From the NCBI GenBank assembly GCA_020148055.1, contig JAHCRF010000002.1:28138-92137 (forward strand): a stretch of DNA of 64,000 nt. The letters run 5' to 3'. Under the pieces are notes generated by a model. The model made no database searches. It was not told the DNA's origin and saw only the letters and a list, made by a program, of their open reading frames with translations. The position numbers were made by a program, and so were the translations under genes. Shown piece after piece: positions 51,890-61,415 of this stretch. The stretch comes from Patescibacteria group bacterium (GTDB lineage: Bacteria; Patescibacteriota; Minisyncoccia; Minisyncoccales; JAHCRE01). The stretch's first letter is position 1. Every line of letters starts with the position of its first letter.

Positions 51890-52993
51890 ATGGAACAAAG
51901 AACTGCTCTAATTTATAATCCAGAAATAAAAAAATATAGTTTTGGAAAATATCATCCTTTTACCAGTAAAAGATTTGAAAATTTTTTAGATTTTATAAAA
52001 AAATTATCAAATTTTGAAGAATATTTTGAGGAAATAACACCTAAACCTGCAACTGAAAAAGATTTAAAACTATTTCACAGTCAAGAATATATTGAGGCAA
52101 TGAGAAAAGCATCTAAAGGGGTAATTTTGCCAAATATTTTAAAGTATGCAACTGTAGATAATTTTGATCCCTCAACCGGTTATTTACCGAGAGGAATTGA
52201 AAAAGCCACAAGAATAGCTGTTGGAACTTCTTTGTTGGCCGGGGAATTAGTTTTTGAAGGAAAATTTAAAAAAGCAATTGCAATTGGTGGCGGTCTTCAT
52301 CATGCAAAAAAAGAAAGGGGAGAAGGGTTTTGTGTCTATAATGACGTTGTAATTTGTGCCAAAAATTTATTCAGAAGGGGTTTGAAAAGAATTTTAATTT
52401 TAGATACTGATGCCCATGCTGGCAATGGAACGGCAGAAGCATTTTATACCGAGGATCAGGTTTTATTTATAGATATTCATCAGAATCCAAGAACAATCTA
52501 TCCTGGCACCGGATTTTTAAATGAAGTAGGTGCAGAAAAAGGAGAAGGATTTACGGTAAACATTCCTTTACTTCCTGGAACAGGTGATAATGCTTATCAA
52601 TTCATTTTTGAAAAAATAATTTTCCCTTTAGCTCAAGAGTTTAAACCAGAAATGATAATAAGATATGGGGGCTCTGATCCTTATTTCGCCGACGGTTTAA
52701 CTAATCTTGGCTTAACCTTAGAAGGATTTAAAATGATTGGAGGAAGTGTAAAAATTTTAGCAGATAAAGTTTGCCAAGGTAAAGAAGTTGACCTTATTGC
52801 CTCAGGTTATAACCAAGAAATTTTACCTTTGGCTTGGACAGCTTTGATTTCTGGTCTATTGAATTTAAAAATAAAATTAAAAGACCCAAGAGCAAAATTA
52901 GCTCCACCAAAAAATTCAAAGCTCGAAGAAACAAAAGAAATAATAAAAGAACTTAAAAAAATTCTCAAAAAATATTGGAAGTGTTTTAAATAA
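51890..52993 (+). CDS. histone deacetylase / acetoin-utilisation (AcuC) / acetylpolyamine amidohydrolase family
   Basis: GGGLHHAKKERGEGFCVYNDV, ILDTDAHAGNGT. Confidence 0.85.
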   Translation: MEQRTALIYNPEIKKYSFGKYHPFTSKRFENFLDFIKKLSNFEEYFEEITPKPATEKDLKLFHSQEYIEAMRKASKGVILPNILKYATVDNFDPSTGYLPRGIEKATRIAVGTSLLAGELVFEGKFKKAIAIGGGLHHAKKERGEGFCVYNDVVICAKNLFRRGLKRILILDTDAHAGNGTAEAFYTEDQVLFIDIHQNPRTIYPGTGFLNEVGAEKGEGFTVNIPLLPGTGDNAYQFIFEKIIFPLAQEFKPEMIIRYGGSDPYFADGLTNLGLTLEGFKMIGGSVKILADKVCQGKEVDLIASGYNQEILPLAWTALISGLLNLKIKLKDPRAKLAPPKNSKLEETKEIIKELKKILKKYWKCFK

Positions 52994-53045
52994 AAAAGCC
53001 TGTTTTGTCCCGGCTTTCTTAGAATTTAGCTTACCTTTTTGCAAC

Positions 53046-54299
53046 TTAATATCTTTTAACTAATTCTTTCGCCCTTTGAGTTGCCTTTTTAATAATTTCT
53101 CTTTCCCCTTTAACCTTTCTTTCCCTCATTAATATTTTTCCATTACAAATGACATCGGAAACGCAATTTCCTGTGGTTGAATAAACAATATCCGAGATAA
53201 AATTGTGGCCAGGTTTAAAACAAATTTGATTTAAATCAATTAAAATTAAATCTGCCAATTTTCCTTCTTTAATCTCTCCTATATTTACTTTCAAAGCTTT
53301 AGCGCCATTTTTAGTTGCTATCTTTATTACTTCTTTTGCCGGCAAAATTGTCGGATTTTTTTCTTTGTGTTTTTGCAATAAAGAGGCAATTTTCATTTCC
53401 AAAAACATATCTAATGAATTATTTGAAGCTGGCCCATCGGTTCCCAAACACACATTCACTTTATTTTCTTTAAATTTTTTGTAAGGAAAAATATTTCCGA
53501 CTGCTAATTTCAAATTAGAGGTAGGGTTGTAAACTACGCTACATTTTCTTTTGGCCAAAATTTTTATTTCTTTATCATTTAGCCAAACTGAATGAGCTAA
53601 AATACAATCCTCTCCCAGAAAACTAATTTTTTCCAAATATTCAACAGGTCTTAAATCATATTTTTTAAGACAATCTTTTACTTCTTTTTTAGTTTCCGAA
53701 ATATGAATATGTAAGGGCAAATTATATTTTCTAGCAAAATTTTTTGCCCAAATTAAATTTTTTCTGGAGACAGCATAGATTGAGTGAGGAGCAATAGATA
53801 GGGAAATAGGTTCTAGGTTTTTAGCATCTAGTCTTTTATATAATTTCTCAACATTCTCTTTACTTCCTTTGGAATCAAAATCAATTAATACTAGTCCAAT
53901 CATTGCCCTTAAACCAATTTCTTTCACAGCCTCAATTGCCGCTTTTGGATGCCAATACATATCATTAAAGAAAGTTGTTCCAGTTTTAATCATTTCAAGA
54001 CAAGCTAATTTTGTCCCCCAGTAAATATCATCTTCGGTCAATTTTGCTTCCAAGGGCCAAATCTTTTTTTCCAGCCATTCTTTCAAGAGTAAATCATCGC
54101 CATACCCTCGAAAAAGGGTCATAGCTGCATGAGTGTGGCAATTAATTAAACCAGGTAAAACTGCATTTTCCCCCTTACCATCGATTTTTTCTTTAGCTTT
54201 GGAATCTAAATTTTTGCCAATCTTTTTGATTTTATTTCCTTCAATTAAAATATCTTTCTTTTCCCCGTCTAAAATAATGTTTTTAATTAAAATGCTCAT
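53046..54299 (-). CDS. mtaD: amidohydrolase, 5-methylthioadenosine/S-adenosylhomocysteine deaminase-like
   Basis: PGLINCHTHAAMTLFRGYGDDLLLKEWL, HISET, LGTDGPASNN. Confidence 0.75.
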   Translation of the reverse strand: MSILIKNIILDGEKKDILIEGNKIKKIGKNLDSKAKEKIDGKGENAVLPGLINCHTHAAMTLFRGYGDDLLLKEWLEKKIWPLEAKLTEDDIYWGTKLACLEMIKTGTTFFNDMYWHPKAAIEAVKEIGLRAMIGLVLIDFDSKGSKENVEKLYKRLDAKNLEPISLSIAPHSIYAVSRKNLIWAKNFARKYNLPLHIHISETKKEVKDCLKKYDLRPVEYLEKISFLGEDCILAHSVWLNDKEIKILAKRKCSVVYNPTSNLKLAVGNIFPYKKFKENKVNVCLGTDGPASNNSLDMFLEMKIASLLQKHKEKNPTILPAKEVIKIATKNGAKALKVNIGEIKEGKLADLILIDLNQICFKPGHNFISDIVYSTTGNCVSDVICNGKILMRERKVKGEREIIKKATQRAKELVKRY

Positions 54300-54300
54300 T

Positions 54301-55134
54301 TTATTCTAATTTAAATAATTCTTTTGCATTTTTTGTGGTAATCTCAGCCAATTCTTCAAAACTTATGTTTTTTATTTTAGCAATTTCCTGGGCAATATAT
54401 TTAACATATAAAGGTTCATTTCTCTGATTCTCAAATTGTGGTGGAGGTAAATAGGGACAATCGGTTTCAATTAAAATTTTTTCCAGTGGAGTGTTTTTGA
54501 TTATTTTACCAAGATCTAATTTAAAAATTATTCCATTAAAACCTAAGTAGAGTCCCGTCTCCAAAAATTTTTGAGCCTGATCCCAGTTTCCGGTAAAACA
54601 ATGAATCACCCCTCTAATTTTTGATTTTTGAGATTTGATATTTGATTTCAAGATTTCGATAAGATCTTGATGGGCCATCCGACAATGAAAAATTATTGGC
54701 AAATTCAATTCTTGAGCTAATTTTATTTCCTCTAAAAATAAATTTTTTTGTTTTTCTTTAAAAAGTTCTAATTTTTTTTTCGTTTTTGGCTTCCAATAAT
54801 AATCCAAGCCAATTTCACCAATAGCCACTACCTTTTCGGACTGGGCTAATCTTTTGTATTCTTCAAAATCAAATTCTTTTTCAAAATGACTTCCTTCTTT
54901 TTCATCAACTTTTATTTTTACTAATCCTGTATCTAAATTTATTGGATGAAGACCAACAGTAGCATAAACTCCTTTTTGACATTTTTTTGCAATTTCAACT
55001 GCTCTTTTTGAAGTTTCAAAATTTGTTCCAATATTTATCATCCAGATATCATTTTCTAAAGACCGACGAATGATTTCGTCGGCATCTTCTTGAAAGGCAT
55101 TAAAATTTAAATGGGCATGGGTATCAATGAACAT
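54301..55134 (-). CDS. tatD: TatD-family metal-dependent hydrolase
   Basis: MFIDTHAHLN, AIGEIGLDY, IIFHCR, IHCFTG, LIETDCPYL. Confidence 0.9.
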   Translation of the reverse strand: MFIDTHAHLNFNAFQEDADEIIRRSLENDIWMINIGTNFETSKRAVEIAKKCQKGVYATVGLHPINLDTGLVKIKVDEKEGSHFEKEFDFEEYKRLAQSEKVVAIGEIGLDYYWKPKTKKKLELFKEKQKNLFLEEIKLAQELNLPIIFHCRMAHQDLIEILKSNIKSQKSKIRGVIHCFTGNWDQAQKFLETGLYLGFNGIIFKLDLGKIIKNTPLEKILIETDCPYLPPPQFENQRNEPLYVKYIAQEIAKIKNISFEELAEITTKNAKELFKLE

Positions 55135-55137
55135 GAT

Positions 55138-56694
55138 TCATATTCTTGGGAATAATGGCTCAATCTTTTTAATCTTAGTTCCAGGTTTAATATTGGTCCA
55201 ACTATCTTTATAGTTTGGATTTTCCACTAATATTTTTTCTAATTCTAAAGCTTTGGCAATTTTTAAAGCAGTATCCGGCAAAAAGATAAAAATTTGCCAA
55301 GCAATTTGATGAATAGCATCTAACAAACCATATAATATCCAGTTCAATTCTTTTTTCTTCCTCTTCTGAGCTAGATCCCAGGGTCTATTTTCTTCAATAT
55401 ATCTATCAGCTTCAGTAATGAATTTCCAGATAGAAGAAAGTGCTTCATTGAATTGATAAGTAACGGTTAAAGAATTATCTACATCCTGCCAAGCTTTTTT
55501 CCAGTTATGAATCTTTTTATCAATCCTTAATGGGTGACTATCTGGATCTTTGTCAATCTCGGGTACTCTCCCATTGCAATATTTCTCTACCATTGTAAAA
55601 GTTCTGGCTACTAAGTTTCCGAGGCCTTTTGCCAAATCTGAATTATATCTTTGTTCAAATTTATCATAAGTAAAGTCTCCATCTTCAGTTGAAGGAATTT
55701 CTCGCAAAAGAAAATATCTCACCGGATCTGTTCCGTATTTTTTAACTAACTCAAAGGGATCAACGATATTCCCCAAACTCTTTGACATTTTTTGACCGCC
55801 AATAGTAAGATATCCGTGTACAAAAATTTTATTTGGCGAGGGCAACCCCGCCGAAAGCAAAAAAGCAGGCCAATATAGAGCATGAAAGCGAATAATCCCT
55901 TTACCTATGACGTGCAATTTATTTTCATTTCTCTGCCAAAATTTTTGAAAATTTTCGCCATTTTCTCCATATCCTAAAGCATTGATATAGTTACTTAAGG
56001 CCTCTAGCCATACCCAGACTTTTTGACTCGGATCTCCAGGAACATTAATTCCCCATCCATGAGCTCTCTTCGCTGAACGAGAAATACAGATATCTTCTAA
56101 ACCTTGATTTATAAAACTTAAAACTTCATTTTTTCGAGTTTCTGGAATTATTTCTACTTCATCATCCTCAATGATCTTTTTAAGTTGATTTTGATATTCA
56201 GAAAGTCTAAAAAAATGATTTTCTTCCTCTACTAATTCAGGTTTTGTTTTGTGTTCAGGACAAAGACCATCTTCAAGTTCGCTCTCTTGATAAAATTCCT
56301 CACATCCTAAGCAATAAAGCCCTCTATAAGTTTTTTTATAAATATCTTTTTTGCAAGCTAACCAAAGTTTTTGAGCTCCTTTAATATGCCGTTCCTCGGT
56401 AGTTCTTATAAAATCATTAAAAGATAAATTTAAAGCTTTTTTTAATTCATAAAATCTTTTGGCATTTCTATCTACCAGTTTTTTAACTGGAATTCCTTCT
56501 TCTTTTGCAGCTTGAACATTTTTAAGAGAGTTCTCATCTGTGCCGGTTAAGAAAAAAACTTCCTCGCCTAAAAGTCGATGATAACGAGCAATCACATCAG
56601 CTTGAATTTTCTCCAGAGCATGCCCACAATGTGGTGGCGCATTTATATAATCAATAGCAGTAGTTAAATAAAATTTTTTCTTTTTTCTTAGCAT
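55138..56694 (-). CDS. metG: methionine--tRNA ligase
   Basis: APPHCGH (HIGH-like), CPEH zinc knuckle, KMSKSLGN. Confidence 0.93.
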   Translation of the reverse strand: MLRKKKKFYLTTAIDYINAPPHCGHALEKIQADVIARYHRLLGEEVFFLTGTDENSLKNVQAAKEEGIPVKKLVDRNAKRFYELKKALNLSFNDFIRTTEERHIKGAQKLWLACKKDIYKKTYRGLYCLGCEEFYQESELEDGLCPEHKTKPELVEEENHFFRLSEYQNQLKKIIEDDEVEIIPETRKNEVLSFINQGLEDICISRSAKRAHGWGINVPGDPSQKVWVWLEALSNYINALGYGENGENFQKFWQRNENKLHVIGKGIIRFHALYWPAFLLSAGLPSPNKIFVHGYLTIGGQKMSKSLGNIVDPFELVKKYGTDPVRYFLLREIPSTEDGDFTYDKFEQRYNSDLAKGLGNLVARTFTMVEKYCNGRVPEIDKDPDSHPLRIDKKIHNWKKAWQDVDNSLTVTYQFNEALSSIWKFITEADRYIEENRPWDLAQKRKKKELNWILYGLLDAIHQIAWQIFIFLPDTALKIAKALELEKILVENPNYKDSWTNIKPGTKIKKIEPLFPRI

Positions 56695-56724
56695 AATTTG
56701 GACTAATAATAATTTTCGCTTTTT

Positions 56725-57393
56725 TTATCTTCCAACTATCACTACAAACTCTCCTTTTATTTTCTCTTTTTTGATTTTTTTTATCACTTCATTAATTTTT
56801 CCTCGATAAATTGTCTCAAACTTTTTTGTTAACTCTCTGGCTACAACCATTCTCAATCCATAATTCATACTGCGTAATTCATTTAAAGTCTTTAAAATTC
56901 GATATGGTGATTCGTAAAATATAACCGGATATTCTGACTCTAAAACTTTTTTAAAAAAATTTTTCCTTTTTCTTTTTGTGGGTGGAAATCCTAAAAATAA
57001 AAATTTATTCATCGGAAATCCTGAAATCGAAGCTACACAAGTAACTGCTGAAGGACCAGGAATCGGAACTATTGTTAAATTGTTACATTGTTTCATTGCC
57101 GCACTGATTAATTTATTGCCCGGGTCAGAGATCCCAGGAGTTCCAGCATCAGAAACCAGAGCTAAATTTTTTCCCTTTTTTAAGAGATCTAAAATATAAT
57201 TTATCTTCTTTAACCTACTATGTTGATGATAACTTAAAGTTTTTGTCTTTGTATTATAATAATTCAATAATTTCTTTGTCACCCTTGTGTCTTCGCATAA
57301 AATTAAATCAACCTCCTTTAAAATTCGGAGGGCGCGAGATGAAAGATCTTCTAAATTTCCAATTGGAGTGGCAACAATATATAAAATAGCCAT
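56725..57393 (-). CDS. rsmI: 16S rRNA (cytidine1402-2'-O)-methyltransferase
   Basis: LYIVATPIGNLEDLSSRALRILKEVDLILCEDTR. Confidence 0.9.
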   Translation of the reverse strand: MAILYIVATPIGNLEDLSSRALRILKEVDLILCEDTRVTKKLLNYYNTKTKTLSYHQHSRLKKINYILDLLKKGKNLALVSDAGTPGISDPGNKLISAAMKQCNNLTIVPIPGPSAVTCVASISGFPMNKFLFLGFPPTKRKRKNFFKKVLESEYPVIFYESPYRILKTLNELRSMNYGLRMVVARELTKKFETIYRGKINEVIKKIKKEKIKGEFVVIVGR

Positions 57394-57401
57394 TTTAAAT
57401 T

Positions 57402-58427
57402 CTAAAGGACTAAGGCTTTCTCTTTTCTCTTTTGTAAAAACTCTTTAAAAAACTCAAATACAATCCCAAAAAATGGAATAGCTAAAATTGCCCCCCAAAT
57501 TCCCCATAAAATTCCTCCAACTGTTAGAGCTAGCAATACTACAACTGGTGGCAAACCAATAAATTTTTTTGTTAAGGCCGGTAACAGGATATTATTTTCA
57601 ATCTGCTGAATTAAGATGAAGACAATTAATACAAAAATTGCCTGGAAAAAATTATCTAAACAAACTATCACAAAAATGATAATTCCAGTAATAATCGGCC
57701 CAACTATTGGCACAAAATTAAGGATACCCGCTAAAATTCCCAAGGAAAAAGGATATTTTGTATTAAAAAGAGAAAAAGCAACGAAGCTTGAAATTCCAAC
57801 AAAAAGACAACCAAAAATTCTTGATAAAAACCAACCGGAAACCCTGATTTTACATCTTGACCAAAGATCTAACAAAGAGGCTTCATATTTTTTGGGAAAA
57901 ATAAGGCTCAGAGCTTTTTGGATTGGTTTTTCTTCTAAAGAAAGAAAGAGGGAAATCGAAAAAATTGAAAGAGTTGCCAGAATTCCTCCAAAAATAGCAG
58001 CTATAGCACTAAAAACAGTGTCAGCCATTCTTTCCAGGTTTTTACTTAATAAATCTGTAAACTCTTCTATATTCTCAAAAGCTCGCAAACCAAGCGCTTT
58101 AAAAGGAGGAGAAATCTTTTCAAAATATTGGGGTAAAGCTTTTGTAAATTGACGAATCTCAGAAGTAAATATGGAAACAGTAAAATAAATCGAGAGAGCA
58201 ATTAATCCAAAGATAATGAAATAGACGAAAACAACCGAGATTAGTCTGGGGATTTTTCGTTTTGTTAAAAAATCAATTAAGGGTTCAAATAAGACCGAGA
58301 TTATTACAGCAAAGATAAACCAGATAAGAACATTTCTGATTAAATAAAGAAAATAAAGGCAAATAACAGCAAAAAGAATTTTAAAAATCGTCTCCCAGGA
58401 AATATCTAATAATTTTTCATTGTTCAT
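57402..58427 (-). CDS. AI-2E (PerM) family transporter
   Basis: 341 aa polytopic; ...IENNILLPALTKKFIGLPPVVVLLAL.. Confidence 0.8.
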   Translation of the reverse strand: MNNEKLLDISWETIFKILFAVICLYFLYLIRNVLIWFIFAVIISVLFEPLIDFLTKRKIPRLISVVFVYFIIFGLIALSIYFTVSIFTSEIRQFTKALPQYFEKISPPFKALGLRAFENIEEFTDLLSKNLERMADTVFSAIAAIFGGILATLSIFSISLFLSLEEKPIQKALSLIFPKKYEASLLDLWSRCKIRVSGWFLSRIFGCLFVGISSFVAFSLFNTKYPFSLGILAGILNFVPIVGPIITGIIIFVIVCLDNFFQAIFVLIVFILIQQIENNILLPALTKKFIGLPPVVVLLALTVGGILWGIWGAILAIPFFGIVFEFFKEFLQKRKEKALVL

Positions 58428-59689
58428 ATTCTTAAAAGTTTTTTGAATTTATTTTTATTTTTAAATGGGCCAATTAAACTTAAATTTAATTTTTGGGGCT
58501 GGAAGATATCTTTTGCTACCTTCAAAATATCAATCTGGCTAACTTTATCAATTTTTTTACATTCCTGCTCAGGAGTTGAAATTTTTCTTTTTAAAATCTC
58601 TTGACTTCCCAAAAAAGTTGCCCAGACATCAGAAGTTTCCAGGTTTAAATAAAGACGGCCCTTAATATTTTCCTTTGCTTTTTTAAGTTCTCTTTTGGAA
58701 ACTTTTTTTGTTTTAAGATTATTATATTCATTTAGAATAATTTTTATTGCCTCCTCAATTCTTTTATTATCTATCCCGGTATGAGTGACTAGGAAACCTG
58801 TATCAGTGTAATGTTCAGGAAGTGTTCTAATATAATAAGCTAAACTTCTTTTTTCCCGAACTTTTATAAAAAGCCGAGAACTCATAATTCCTCCTAAGAT
58901 TACTGACATCACAGCCAGGGGATATTTTTCTGGTTGAAATAAATCAAAAGTTCTAACTCCGAGACACAAATGAGTCTGATCAGTTTCTTTAAAATTAAGT
59001 AGAACTTGCGGCGAATTTTGAAGCTCTTTTGTTGGTTTTTTGGAAAATGGTTTGATTTTTTTAAATTTTCCAAAAAATCTTTTAATTTTTAAAATAGCTT
59101 CCTTTTCTTTAAAATTTCCAGCTAAAGAAATAATAATATTAGTTGGTATAAATTGTTTTTTAAAATAGTCCAGAATATTTTTTCTGGAAATTTTCTTAAC
59201 GGTTTCTTTTTCTCCGGAAATCAGCCAGCCAGCTGGTTGATCGCCATAAAGAAGTTTTTCCCAGAGATCTAAAACATATTTTGAGGGATTATCTTTCATC
59301 ATATTAATCTCCTCAAAAATCACTTTCTTTTCTTTTTTAATTTCTTCTTCTTTAAATAAAGAATTAAAAATCATATCTGATAAAACATCAGCCGCTAAAT
59401 CAAAATGGGATGCATCAACCTTAACCCAAAATCCCATCAATTCTTTGCCAGTGAAGGCGTTATAAATACCACCAACTCTATCTAATTCTTTGGCAATATC
59501 TATTGTTTGAGGCCTCTTTTTTGTTCCTTTGAAAGCCATATGTTCCAATAAATGGGAAAGGCCGGAGATTTCTTTTTTTTCATACTTTGAGCCAGTTGCG
59601 ACCAGAAGCAAAAGAGTCAAGGCTCTAGTGTTTTCCATAGGAAAAGTAATAATCCTCAGACCGTTTTTGAGAATGGTTTTTTTAAACAT
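58424..59689 (-). CDS. M16-family zinc peptidase
   Basis: GLSHLLEHMAFKGT (HxxEH). Met28 (59689) is preferred: the upstream 27 track codons (to 59770) cover a 10-bp GC hairpin. Confidence 0.85.
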   Translation of the reverse strand: MFKKTILKNGLRIITFPMENTRALTLLLLVATGSKYEKKEISGLSHLLEHMAFKGTKKRPQTIDIAKELDRVGGIYNAFTGKELMGFWVKVDASHFDLAADVLSDMIFNSLFKEEEIKKEKKVIFEEINMMKDNPSKYVLDLWEKLLYGDQPAGWLISGEKETVKKISRKNILDYFKKQFIPTNIIISLAGNFKEKEAILKIKRFFGKFKKIKPFSKKPTKELQNSPQVLLNFKETDQTHLCLGVRTFDLFQPEKYPLAVMSVILGGIMSSRLFIKVREKRSLAYYIRTLPEHYTDTGFLVTHTGIDNKRIEEAIKIILNEYNNLKTKKVSKRELKKAKENIKGRLYLNLETSDVWATFLGSQEILKRKISTPEQECKKIDKVSQIDILKVAKDIFQPQKLNLSLIGPFKNKNKFKKLLRI

Positions 59690-59726
59690 AGCTAATTTAA
59701 TTATAGTCGAAAATTTTCGAAATAGG

Positions 59727-59749
59727 AAGCGCCGCCGGGGGCGGCGCTT
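59727..59749. other. strong GC hairpin in the 5' region of the M16 peptidase gene
   Basis: AAGCGCCGCC-ggg-GGCGGCGCTT, 10 bp (8 G-C). It is preceded on the minus strand by U6, not followed by a U-tract. Confidence 0.5.
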
Positions 59750-59920
59750 AAAAAACCAAAAAGTATTCAAAACTTCAATTAAACAATGGATTTACTCTAT
59801 CATGGTCCATTAAATTTTAGAAAAGTCTCGGTCTTTCTATAAAGATCCAAATCTTGCTAAAAATCCTTAAATCATTTAATATAATATTAGCAATCTTAAC
59901 AACATAAGAGGTGATAGAAG

Positions 59921-60526
59921 GTGAGGAGATTAAAGAAGTTTGGATTAATTATGGCAGTGATTCTCTGTTGCTCTTTCGGTGTAATAATAGCCACTTATCC
60001 GGCCGAAATCCAGATAGCATTCAGTGATTCTTGGGAGACAGCTCGGAGTCTGGCAGAGAGAATAGCTAATCTAGGAAGAAAAACAGGTATTATTGAGAGA
60101 CTTACGAACGTAGTCACTGAAGATGAGACAAAAGAACATTCTTATCTGGCCACTTTACCCCATGAATTAGCCGAGAAGATCAAAGTAAGCTACAACTACC
60201 AAAAAGTCTATAGTGCAGAATGGGATGAGATTCAAGAAGAATACAAACCAAAAGTATTAACAGATATCCGATATGGAGGTTGGATAAAAAATCTTTCCAA
60301 TCAGACCATCGTAAAGATCCAATATGAAGTCATTATAAAAGACGTCAACGGGAACATCCTTACTTCTTCGGAAGAAGAAATTTGGACCGACACTTTGCCT
60401 GGACAGAAATGTTCTATTACGGGCGAGATATGGATAAAAGACGCCCTTGAGAAAGCCGGTATCAGTGCAACCGAGGACCCAACGCTCAAGATAGAAATGG
60501 TCGTAATATCAGTAAAGTTTGATTAA
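59921..60526 (+). CDS. hypothetical exported/membrane-anchored protein (201 aa, GTG start)
   Basis: Strong SD AAGAGGTGA 6 nt before the GTG; N-terminal hydrophobic segment FGLIMAVILCCSFGVIIA; terminator follows. Confidence 0.6.
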   Translation: MRRLKKFGLIMAVILCCSFGVIIATYPAEIQIAFSDSWETARSLAERIANLGRKTGIIERLTNVVTEDETKEHSYLATLPHELAEKIKVSYNYQKVYSAEWDEIQEEYKPKVLTDIRYGGWIKNLSNQTIVKIQYEVIIKDVNGNILTSSEEEIWTDTLPGQKCSITGEIWIKDALEKAGISATEDPTLKIEMVVISVKFD

Positions 60527-60532
60527 AATCAA

Positions 60533-60561
60533 ACCCTGCTAAAAGGCAGGGTCTTTATTTT
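60533..60561 (+). terminator. intrinsic terminator
   Basis: ACCCTGC-taaaag-GCAGGGT followed by CTTTATTTT. Confidence 0.7.
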
Positions 60562-60596
60562 AAAACACGCTTCTCATTTTCTACTTAGCTTATTTT

Positions 60597-61403
60597 CTAG
60601 TTACAGTTTTTATTTTCTTGAGCAATAGCCCATAATGCTAGGGATGTCGTATGAGGGCTATCAAACCAGCTTCCATTTTCTGCCTGGCAACGGAGAATAT
60701 TTTCAACCCAGGTTTCTTTTATTGAGTCACCAGCGTAACCGATAATTGCTGCTCGCTCAGCATAAATATCAAGATAGGAGGGATTGCAGAGATAAGGGAG
60801 GTTTTCTGATTCCCCTTCCTTATCCTGGATTATTGTTAAATCCTCGACTAACTCGTCTATCAAGGCATTTAAGATAATCTGATCATAACAACCCTTTTCT
60901 TTTATTATTGCCAGAGCTAAAAGAAGGTGAGCAGAACTATAGCTATCATCCCTCTCAATCTGATTTATATCTTCAAGAACATCTTTATAAGAAAACTTTT
61001 CACAATAGGTTGCCTTGGCAATCAGCCGAGTATTCAAATCAGGAATATTTTCCAGACCAGAAATGTCCTGATATTGATGAGTAGGGTAATAAAGCCGGTA
61101 TAAAAATTCTTGATCGCCAATATCTTCATCGATTTTTCTCTTCCATAAATCCTCTAATCTTTCATCTCTACATATTTCATTTAATTTCTTAATCAAGAAA
61201 GTTGTACCGCCAATAAATTTTTCATTTGTTGTTAAAAGAAAATTTATTCCTTTTTGAATAGGGGTTTCCTTTTCTGGCTGGGTTATTTTACCAAGGCTTT
61301 CAACCCGCCTCTCTAAATAATTCAATCCCAAAACAAACAAAACTCCAACTATTACAATACTTAATAGTAGAACAAAGATGAATTGTTTTTTATCCAATTT
61401 CAT
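60597..61403 (-). CDS. membrane-anchored hypothetical protein with one QW-type (QxxxGxW) repeat
   Basis: N-terminal helix FIFVLLLSIVIVGVLFVLGL; C-terminal ILRCQAENGSWFDSPHTTSLALWAI matches the QxxxGxW motif of alpha/alpha-toroid prenyltransferase/terpene-cyclase repeats (weak). Confidence 0.5.
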   Translation of the reverse strand: MKLDKKQFIFVLLLSIVIVGVLFVLGLNYLERRVESLGKITQPEKETPIQKGINFLLTTNEKFIGGTTFLIKKLNEICRDERLEDLWKRKIDEDIGDQEFLYRLYYPTHQYQDISGLENIPDLNTRLIAKATYCEKFSYKDVLEDINQIERDDSYSSAHLLLALAIIKEKGCYDQIILNALIDELVEDLTIIQDKEGESENLPYLCNPSYLDIYAERAAIIGYAGDSIKETWVENILRCQAENGSWFDSPHTTSLALWAIAQENKNCN

Positions 61404-61415
61404 TTTGAAGGGCCT

